Below are positions 8,396-15,550 of a stretch of 64,000 nt of DNA, piece after piece (the stretch's first letter is position 1; every line of letters starts with the position of its first letter). The stretch is taken from NCBI GenBank assembly GCA_963169055.1, contig CAUJFU010000170.1:202-64201 (forward strand), read 5' to 3'. This DNA comes from Myxococcota bacterium. GTDB lineage: Bacteria > Myxococcota_C > UBA6777. The notes beneath the pieces were generated by a model. The model did no database searches. It worked only from the letters and a program-made list of their open reading frames with translations, and was not told where the DNA came from. A program made the translations under genes and the position numbers.

Positions 8396-9744
8396 ATTTT
8401 TTTGTGAAGGTTGGTTCGTTCGATGCCGAGGACATCGGCGGTTCGTGAGATATTCCAATCGTTTTCTTGTAATTTGAGCATAATGTAGCTGCGTTCGACC
8501 TCATCGCGCACTTCTTTGAGGGTTTGATTCCCGAGTGCTTTGATATCCACAACAGCCTTTTTCTCTTTGAGATCTTCGGGCAGATCGTGTACGTCGATCT
8601 GCTCGCCGCTGAGGATAACCAAGCGCTCGACGAGGTTCTTGAGTTCGCGCACATTTCCCGGCCATGCGTATTGGCAGAGCTGGCGCATGGCGGTGGGGGT
8701 GAAGCTTTTGGTGGGGTAGTTGTATTCTTGGCAAAAGTGGCGTGTGAAACTATCGAGCAGTAGGGCGATATCTTCTCGCCGTTCGCGAAGAGGCGGTAGA
8801 TGTAGGGGGATCACATTCAACCGAAAGAACAGATCTTCGCGGAATCGGCTTTTGCGGATCTCGTCTTGAAGATCGCGGTTGGTTGCAGCGATCACGCGCA
8901 CATCGACTTGGATGGTGCGATCGCCTCCTACCCTCGAAAACTCCCCTGTATTGAGGACACGCAACACTTTGGCTTGAGCGTGGAGGGACATATCGCCGAT
9001 CTCATCGAGAAAGATCGTGCCTGTGTGGGCGCGTTCAAACTCTCCTTGCTTGGTGCGGATTGCGCCCGTAAAAGCGCCTTTTTCGTGACCAAACAATTCA
9101 GACTCGATCAATTCCTCGGGGATCGCGGCACAATTGACTTTGACAAAGGGGCGTGGGTGGCGTGGGCTGTTGTTGTGGATGGCGCGGGCGACCAGTTCTT
9201 TCCCTGTCCCAGACTCCCCTGTGATCAACACCCATCCTTTGGTGGGAGCGACTTTTTCGATCTGTTGAAAGATCGTCTTCATGGTGGGGGTATCTCCGAC
9301 CATCTCGAAGCGATCGGCATATTCTTTCTCAAGGTTTCGTACCTTGTGCAACATCTCCCTTCGTTCGAGCGATTGGCGAACGGACAGCAACAAACGCTCT
9401 CGTTCAAGCGGCTTTTCGATAAAGCTATACGCGCCCAATTTGACGGCTTCTACAGCATCTGAGATCGTCCCATGCCCCGAGATCATAATCACCTCGATAT
9501 CAGGATCGAATCGCTTGATCGCTTCGAGGACTTTGAGGCCGTCCATCCCGGGCATATAGATATCCAACAGCACCAGATCGATCACTTCGCGCTGGATCAC
9601 TTCGAGGGCTTGTTCGCCTTGCAAGGCGGTGAGGACGCGATATCCTTCGCCTTCGAGAACCATCTGTACGGTGCGGCAGATATTTTTCTCATCATCCACC
9701 ACCATCACTTGAAAATAAGAAGGGTTCCAATCTCTTGCACTCAA
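8362..9744 (-). CDS. Sigma-54-dependent response regulator (NtrC/NtrX family: REC + AAA+ + Fis-type HTH)
   Basis: Receiver domain (VVDDE...[11 protein letters not shown]). Walker A GESGTGKE, the sigma-54 contact loop EKGAFTGA, Walker B FLDEIG, and C-terminal [23 protein letters not shown]. Confidence 0.95.
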   Translation of the reverse strand: MSARDWNPSYFQVMVVDDEKNICRTVQMVLEGEGYRVLTALQGEQALEVIQREVIDLVLLDIYMPGMDGLKVLEAIKRFDPDIEVIMISGHGTISDAVEAVKLGAYSFIEKPLERERLLLSVRQSLERREMLHKVRNLEKEYADRFEMVGDTPTMKTIFQQIEKVAPTKGWVLITGESGTGKELVARAIHNNSPRHPRPFVKVNCAAIPEELIESELFGHEKGAFTGAIRTKQGEFERAHTGTIFLDEIGDMSLHAQAKVLRVLNTGEFSRVGGDRTIQVDVRVIAATNRDLQDEIRKSRFREDLFFRLNVIPLHLPPLRERREDIALLLDSFTRHFCQEYNYPTKSFTPTAMRQLCQYAWPGNVRELKNLVERLVILSGEQIDVHDLPEDLKEKKAVVDIKALGNQTLKEVRDEVERSYIMLKLQENDWNISRTADVLGIERTNLHKKIKAYDLHRPNG

Positions 9745-11270
9745 CGTTTTGCTCCGTGTGGGTTGCTTGACGCGGGGGCTATGGGCACAGGATCAGCGAG
9801 AGCATCGCCGATTTGGGGGCGAGGGCGAAGGGCGGGGCCTCGGACATTTGCGCTAGAGGCGGCTTCAGGCAACAAGATCGAAAAGGTCGCTCCACCCGAT
9901 TCATTGGAACCTACGGTGATGCTTCCGTTGTGATCGATCACGATCTTCTTGGTGATCGCGAGTCCCAGTCCTGTTCCGAGTTGTTTGGTCGTGAAGTATG
10001 GGGTGAAGATCTTGCTCTGTAAATGGACGGGGATCCCCGGGCCTTGGTCTTCGACTTGGCAGATCACTTGTTGTGGCGGGAGGCGTCCTGTTCGCAAGAG
10101 CACGATCGGAGAACCCGCTTCGATCGCATTTTGTACCAAATTATGCAATACGCTGCGAAACAACATCCGATCGGCCATCACCCACAACGAACCCTCCGAT
10201 GTATCGAGGTGGATCTTGGCCTTGCCTCGAAACCAGTCGTACGCATCAAGGTATTCGCGCAGCAAGGCATTGAGATCCAAAAGGCTCGGCTCGACTGGAG
10301 GCAACTTGGCAAAGGATGAAAACTCTTCGACCAAACGCCGCAAGGTTTGGATCTCTTCTTGGATGATCTCTTGGGCGATCTGTAGGTTGCGCAAAAAGGC
10401 CGCATCTTCGCCTTTGTAAGCGCGAGCCAATTGCTGAATCGATAGCTGGATCGGGGTCAATGGATTCTTGATCTCGTGGGCCAAGCGCCGTGCGATATCT
10501 TGCCACCGCGCCACTTGCTCCTTAAACACTTCGTTTTGCTGTTGTTGTTGAAGATGGCGAATCATCAAGGCGATATCGCGCTGCAATCCTTCTAATTCGT
10601 CGCGGGGTGCGCGTTTTCGATCCATGAGCGTTGGCATTTGAGGGGTCACTTGCCAGATGAGCTGTCGCAACTCCCGCAACTCCCGCAGCAAAAATCGCGT
10701 CAAGGCGATCCCCAACAACATTGCCAACAGCATCGTTGCACCAAACATCGAAACGGCTGCCCAAAAAAATCCCGTCCTTCCGGCATATTTGGCGTCAAGG
10801 CGTTGGCTGAGCTGTTGCAACAATACGCGCCACTGCGAGATCTCAACCAGCGGAACCGAACGCCAAACCCGCAAGATCAATTTTTTCCCACGAACAGGAA
10901 CGACGCGCTCTTCCATCGAAGATCCCGATGGCAGCGCACTTTGATCCACGAGGTAATGTTTTTCTCCCCACCGAACTTCCCGCAGCCACGCCGCTTGGGC
11001 TTGTAGTACACGAAACCCCCGTTCGCGCTGTGTTTCCTCGATACGACCAAGGCACAGGCCGACCGCTTGTTTTTCTAACTCCGCGATCTGTTTCTGCCAC
11101 GCCCGATCATTCGCCTCCAACGCTCGCTTTAATTCTTTACCGTGCCGCTCAAAGGTCTGCGCAAGTCCCGATCCCTCCAACAACGCCCACGCCACGATCA
11201 AGCATACGCTCAGCGGAACCAAGCCCACAAGCATCAACGTCCATAACTCTCTTTGTTGATAAGAGCGCAT
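9741..11270 (-). CDS. Membrane sensor histidine kinase (NtrY-like: 2 TM + HAMP + HisKA + HATPase)
   Basis: H-box AHEIKNPLTPIQLS, N-box HNLVQNAIEA, G1 DQGPGI and G2 GTGLGLAI. Two hydrophobic helices flank a ~130-aa periplasmic segment. Its stop overlaps the start of the downstream regulator by 4 nt (9741-9744). Confidence 0.9.
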   Translation of the reverse strand: MRSYQQRELWTLMLVGLVPLSVCLIVAWALLEGSGLAQTFERHGKELKRALEANDRAWQKQIAELEKQAVGLCLGRIEETQRERGFRVLQAQAAWLREVRWGEKHYLVDQSALPSGSSMEERVVPVRGKKLILRVWRSVPLVEISQWRVLLQQLSQRLDAKYAGRTGFFWAAVSMFGATMLLAMLLGIALTRFLLRELRELRQLIWQVTPQMPTLMDRKRAPRDELEGLQRDIALMIRHLQQQQQNEVFKEQVARWQDIARRLAHEIKNPLTPIQLSIQQLARAYKGEDAAFLRNLQIAQEIIQEEIQTLRRLVEEFSSFAKLPPVEPSLLDLNALLREYLDAYDWFRGKAKIHLDTSEGSLWVMADRMLFRSVLHNLVQNAIEAGSPIVLLRTGRLPPQQVICQVEDQGPGIPVHLQSKIFTPYFTTKQLGTGLGLAITKKIVIDHNGSITVGSNESGGATFSILLPEAASSANVRGPALRPRPQIGDALADPVPIAPASSNPHGAKR

Positions 11271-11292
11271 CTGTTCTGCCTTCTTTGGTCTT

Positions 11293-11406
11293 TCGCCCGA
11301 TACAACGAGAGATCCCGCTCTTCGTTGCTTTCTGATGCGGGGCGCATCCTCGCCCGAAACAACGAGGACTCACGTGCTTCGTTGTTTTCGGATGTGGGGC
11401 GCATCG
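11293..11406. repeat. 57-bp tandem direct repeat (2 units), each unit holding two hairpins
   Basis: Unit 1 is 11293-11349 and unit 2 is 11350-11406: TCGCCCGA(T/A)ACAACGAG...CTTCGTTG...GATG(C/T)GGGGCGCATC. The internal inverted repeats are AACAACGAG/CTTCGTTGTT and GATGCG-GGG-CGCATC. The repeat sits 23 nt upstream of the NtrY-like start codon. Confidence 0.7.
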
Positions 11407-12025
11407 GCGAGTCGGTGGGGTTCTACTCCAACCCTGTGGAGGCATCTTCTACCACAGATCGCAAGCCGAGCGGCAGACATCCCAAAAGAAATCCTCGTCA
11501 AGAAGCCGATCCCACCTACGAATCCCACCTCTCCTTTGGTATCGGGGTCTCTTGGTCTGATCTTTGCGCTAGTGTCGAGGCGGTAAACAAACACGCTTCG
11601 CTCTACGCGAAGAGGTGTCGCATGGTGCGGGTTGGAAAGATTGTGCGCGTTTTTGCCGTGTTCGTCATTCGGCGAGCAGGCAAGGTATAGGTTGCGGGCT
11701 TCACAACGAACACAGTCTTTCTTTCTTACATCAAGCGCATGGACGGCAAAAAGCGAAGCCATCGGTGTGAATTTTTGAATAGGTTGCGGGCTTCATTCTT
11801 TTCATCGGTGTGCTTCCTTTTTGCCGGTACATGGTCTTCTTTTGCTGCTCTCCCCCCCTCAGCCTCTCGCTTTCTCCTGCGTCTCGATCTTCCTCTCGTT
11901 CTCTTCTTTTCCATGTCTCCAACAAAAACAGGTGGCCACCGCGAGTTTTTCAAGTTTTCCTTGTTTGGCTTTGTGGTATATTCCGCCCGCATGGGCCGAC
12001 GTATCATGGAGGAGAAGAAGGAAAG

Positions 12026-14053
12026 ATGTTGGTGTTGAAGGATCTTTCGTTGTTTTTGGGTGGGCGCGCACTGATCGACGAAGTGAATTGGCAGATGAAG
12101 CCACAAGAGCGCGTTGCGTTGATTGGGGGCAACGGTGCGGGGAAATCCACCTTTATGAAGGTGATCGCAGGCTTGATGGAACCCGATGCAGGGGCGATCT
12201 TGGTTCCGAAAGGAACCAGTTTTGGCTACCTGCCACAAGACGGCATCCATTTTCGAGCGCGCACGTTGTACGAAGAAGTGGTTTCGGCCCAACAAGAAGT
12301 GTTGCAGATCGAAAAGCAGATCAAGTCTCTCGAAGCGGCGATGGAGATCATCCAAGATGAAAACGAACAATCCCAACTGATGGAGCGTTACGACGTTTTG
12401 TCAGAGCGTTTTCGTTATCTGGGTGGGTACAACTTGGAAGCAGAAGTCGGCAAAGTTCTCGATGGATTGGGCTTTTTGCGCGCTGATTGGGAACGTTCGT
12501 GCGAAAACTTTTCGGGGGGATGGCAGATGCGGATCGCGCTTGCGCGCCTTTTGCTCCAACGCCCCAACTGGCTGCTGCTCGACGAACCCACCAACCACCT
12601 CGATCTCGACGCACGCAACTGGCTCGAAGGCTACCTCAAAGAATATCCCTCTGGGATCTTGATGGTTTCTCACGACCGCTTTTTTATCGACTCCTTGGTG
12701 CGCCGATGCACCGAGATCTACAACGGAAAGTTATCTGATTACGAAGGCAACTTCTCTTATTACGAAGTCGAGCGCGAGCGCCGTTACGAAGCTATCGAAG
12801 AAAAAGCACGTCGCCAAGCCGAAGAGATCGAAAAGATCGAGCGCTTTATCGATCGCTTTCGTTATCAGGCTTCCAAAGCCTCACAAGTCCAAAGCCGCGT
12901 CAAACAACTCGAAAAGATCGAGCGGATCGTCTTGCCTCCCCGCCCTTCAAAGACGATGAGTTTTTCGTTCCCCAAACCCCCTCGTTCGGGACGCGAAGTC
13001 CTTCAAATCACCCACGCCACCAAGCATTACGGTGAGCTTTGCGTCTTGGAAGATATCAGCGTCACCGTCGAACGCGGCGAACGCCTCGCTTTGGTTGGAG
13101 TCAACGGCGCTGGAAAGTCCACCTTGATGCGGATGATGGCGGGCGGTGAACCTTTTGTCGGCGAGCGCCAAGAAGGCTATCAAGTCAAACTGAGCTTCTT
13201 CGCCCAAGATCAAACGCAAGTGCTCATCCCCCAACATACGGTGCTTCAAAGCCTCGAAGAGGTCGCCCCTTACGAGATGATGCCGCAACTTCGGACGTTG
13301 CTTGGTTGCTTTTTGTTCCAAGGAGACGATGTCTTCAAAAAGATCAGCGTCCTTTCGGGGGGCGAGAAAAGCCGCGTTTCTCTCGCACGCATGCTGATGC
13401 AGCCTGCCAACTTGCTGTTGATGGACGAACCCACCAACCACCTCGATATGTCCTCACAACAAGTCCTTTTGCAGGCTCTCAAACAATACGATGGCACCAT
13501 CGTGTTTGTCTCGCACGACCGCTTCTTTATCGATCAATTAGCCACCCGCATCATCGAGATCAAAGATCGAAAAACCACCAGTTATCTCGGAAACTACGAA
13601 GCTTATATCGAAAAGAAGATCAGCCTTGGTTTGCTCGAAGGCGAAACGGGTGTCCGTTTTACGACAGAAACCACCCGTAGCAACGAAGAAACCAACAAAC
13701 CCAAAGCCGTTGCTTCTCCTACAACCACCGCATCAAAAGAACCTTCGGGACCGCGAGAACAGCGCCAACAACAGTACTTTGAAACCCAGCAACAACGGCG
13801 GGAGTTTGAACGAAAACGCCGCATCGTCACCGATGAGATCTCCAGCATCGAGTCTGCTCTTGCACGCAAAGAAGAACGACTGGCTGTGTTGGAAGTCATG
13901 ATGTCCGAAAGCGGATTTTACGAAGACTTTGAACGATCAGGGCCGATTATCGAAGAGTACGACGGACTCAAAGAAGAGATCGCACAAGCCTATGCTTTGT
14001 GGGAACAACTCCAAGAAACGCTTGAAACCCTCGACAACGGCGCGGCAGCCTAA
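12026..14053 (+). CDS. ABC-F family ATPase with C-terminal charged coiled-coil extension (Uup-like)
   Basis: Two ABC cassettes without TM domains: Walker A GGNGAGKST and GVNGAGKST, signatures FSGGWQ and LSGGEK, Walker B LLLDEPTNHLD and LLMDEPTNHLD. The tail is K/E/R/Q-rich. The start is set at ATG 12026, preceded by GGAGGAGAAGAAGGAAAG. The longer track ORF (from 11810) is low-complexity. Confidence 0.95.
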   Translation: MLVLKDLSLFLGGRALIDEVNWQMKPQERVALIGGNGAGKSTFMKVIAGLMEPDAGAILVPKGTSFGYLPQDGIHFRARTLYEEVVSAQQEVLQIEKQIKSLEAAMEIIQDENEQSQLMERYDVLSERFRYLGGYNLEAEVGKVLDGLGFLRADWERSCENFSGGWQMRIALARLLLQRPNWLLLDEPTNHLDLDARNWLEGYLKEYPSGILMVSHDRFFIDSLVRRCTEIYNGKLSDYEGNFSYYEVERERRYEAIEEKARRQAEEIEKIERFIDRFRYQASKASQVQSRVKQLEKIERIVLPPRPSKTMSFSFPKPPRSGREVLQITHATKHYGELCVLEDISVTVERGERLALVGVNGAGKSTLMRMMAGGEPFVGERQEGYQVKLSFFAQDQTQVLIPQHTVLQSLEEVAPYEMMPQLRTLLGCFLFQGDDVFKKISVLSGGEKSRVSLARMLMQPANLLLMDEPTNHLDMSSQQVLLQALKQYDGTIVFVSHDRFFIDQLATRIIEIKDRKTTSYLGNYEAYIEKKISLGLLEGETGVRFTTETTRSNEETNKPKAVASPTTTASKEPSGPREQRQQQYFETQQQRREFERKRRIVTDEISSIESALARKEERLAVLEVMMSESGFYEDFERSGPIIEEYDGLKEEIAQAYALWEQLQETLETLDNGAAA

Positions 14054-14233
14054 TTTTCTGTGGGCTTGTGGGCGGGCTGCACGCCGACATCTTGCTTTTT
14101 GCCGTGTGAACGTGCTAAGAAAGCTACCACAGCGGGCCAGATGTGCTTTTGGGACGCCTATTGTTGGGCTTGTCTTGCTGTTCGTGCTTTGTTGGGCATA
14201 TCGTGTTGTTTATGTTTGGGATGGCGAAGAAAG

Positions 14234-14662
14234 ATGCGAACCTCTCTTTGGTGGGTGCTGATCCTGATCGTCTTGGCGGCGATGGCTTCGTGCATCGTTG
14301 AACCACTTCGTTACGATTGGTTGGCTTGTTCAAAAGCAGGCGACTGTTCGAGCGGCTACGGCTGTTATGTGGTCTCTCAATTACCCAACGGTGTTTGCCT
14401 CCAAGACGGTAACGGCCTCGAACCGTTTCAGGCCAGTGATGCTTCTCCTCAGGAACCTGCACAAGAACCCACCACCGAACAAAGCGAGGTACTCGCCCCC
14501 GAGGAATCCCTTGTTTCCGAAGAGGCTACACCCGAAGAACCCCTTGTTTCCGAAGAGACCGCACCCGAAGAACCCGCGCAAGAAGTTACATCCGAAGAAC
14601 CCGCGCAAGAGGCTACACCCGAAGAACCAACACCCGAAGCAGACGGAGGCTCGGACCCCTAA
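14234..14662 (+). CDS. Small acidic Pro/Glu-repeat lipoprotein
   Basis: ATG 14234 gives MRTSLWWVLILIVLAAMASC (signal peptide plus lipobox-like AAMASC). A Cys-containing stretch follows, then repeats EEATPEEPLVSEETAPEEPAQEVTSEEPAQEATPEEPTPE. Confidence 0.55.
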   Translation: MRTSLWWVLILIVLAAMASCIVEPLRYDWLACSKAGDCSSGYGCYVVSQLPNGVCLQDGNGLEPFQASDASPQEPAQEPTTEQSEVLAPEESLVSEEATPEEPLVSEETAPEEPAQEVTSEEPAQEATPEEPTPEADGGSDP

Positions 14663-14809
14663 TGGCTTGTGAGCGAATCGACTCGATGGAAGTCGGCCCC
14701 TGTTTGTGGGCGTTGTGTGAAAGCAAAAGAACAAGAAAAACAGCGACTTGCTTGGCAAGTCAACACGGTTCGTAACGAATCGTATGTCTGCTTTGAAGAA
14801 TACCAAGGG

Positions 14810-14825
14810 CGGCATTTGGCTTGCC
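14810..14825 (+). promoter_or_regulatory. Candidate sigma-54 (-24/-12) promoter upstream of the 14871 gene and the long plus-strand array
   Basis: cGGCAT-TTGGC-TTGCc aligns with TGGCAC-N5-TTGCW at the correct GG-N10-GC spacing (GG at 14811-12, GC at 14823-24). It lies ~47 nt before the GTG start. A perfect palindrome GACTTGC-TTG-GCAAGTC at 14745-14761 sits ~50 nt upstream and could be an activator site. Confidence 0.35.
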
Positions 14826-14870
14826 TCGAATCTTTTCACACAAATTGAGTGATCTTGAAGGAGAGTCGTC

Positions 14871-15395
14871 GTGCAAAAGACGAAAAACATATCCATCGCA
14901 TGGGCGATCTGTTTGTGCAGCGTGTTGTTTCTACATTGTTCTGGAAAGACGCAAACCAAAAACGACGCAAATCCCGATCCCAAGGGCGATGCCAATACCA
15001 CCATTATCAAACAGCGCGGATGTATTCGTGGCCGTGTTGTGAACGAAGACGGACAAGGTTTCTCGGGAGTCCTCGTCAGCACCGATCCTCCCACCAGCCC
15101 CGAAGTCACCGACAGTCGGGGATTTTTTGAGATCTGCAACCGCCGCGTGATCAAAAATGAAGAGACGGGCGAAACCGCCAAAGAAGCCATCAAGGACTCC
15201 AATTACACCCTGAAACTCAACAAAGATGGCTACCATGCGCGACCGCTCAAATTCGACTACAGCGGCACCAACATCAAACTGCGCAAATTGGTGATGGTGG
15301 AAAAAACACGACCCCTACCCACCGTTGTGCAAACCAAAGTCAAAGAAGGGAAGCGCGATTCGGGATTGGAACCCAAAGCTCCGATCTCGGAATGA
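14871..15395 (+). CDS. Secreted protein with carboxypeptidase-regulatory-like (CarboxypepD_reg) beta-sandwich
   Basis: GTG start after GGAGAG. N-terminal hydrophobic signal (ISIAWAICLCSVLFLHC). GCIRGRVVNEDGQGFSGVLVSTDPPTSPEVTDSRGFFEI fits the G.I.G.V.d..G.p..ga.V...t..Td..G.F pattern. Confidence 0.6.
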   Translation: MQKTKNISIAWAICLCSVLFLHCSGKTQTKNDANPDPKGDANTTIIKQRGCIRGRVVNEDGQGFSGVLVSTDPPTSPEVTDSRGFFEICNRRVIKNEETGETAKEAIKDSNYTLKLNKDGYHARPLKFDYSGTNIKLRKLVMVEKTRPLPTVVQTKVKEGKRDSGLEPKAPISE

Positions 15396-15550
15396 ACGGT
15401 ACATCCGAGGCGAGGAGCTTTGGATCGCGCCGATCTTGGCGACAAACCCTTGCGTTCCATATCCCCCAAAGTGTTTCATCCCATGATGCGTTCTCTCGAA
15501 CCTTCGCGTATCCGATGGGAGCGATGTCCACTTATTTTGGAGACGTTTGA

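Noticed and set aside
11293-11406. Tandem and hairpin repeats (here and at 35898-36006) considered as a CRISPR array.
   Set aside because: There are only two units, directly abutting or separated by non-unique sequence, with no repeat-spacer periodicity. No cas genes are present in the window.
11253-11762. ORFs 11253-11690(+) and 11370-11762(-) in the long intergenic region.
   Set aside because: They read straight through the 57-bp DNA repeats, giving repeated peptide words. They lack an RBS and any recognisable fold, so they are better explained as non-coding repeat DNA.
11810-12025. The N-terminal extension of the ABC-F ORF, and the overlapping 11726-12376(-) and 11821-12360(+) ORFs.
   Set aside because: The extension is Ser/Leu/Phe/Cys low-complexity. 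ABC-F proteins begin directly with the first ATPase cassette (MLVLKDLSL...), and the ATG at 12026 has a strong purine-rich RBS.
15430-15460. TTGGCG...TTGCG upstream of the 917-aa protein gene, considered as a sigma-54 promoter.
   Set aside because: The spacing between GG and GC is 12 nt, which is incompatible with the -24/-12 geometry.
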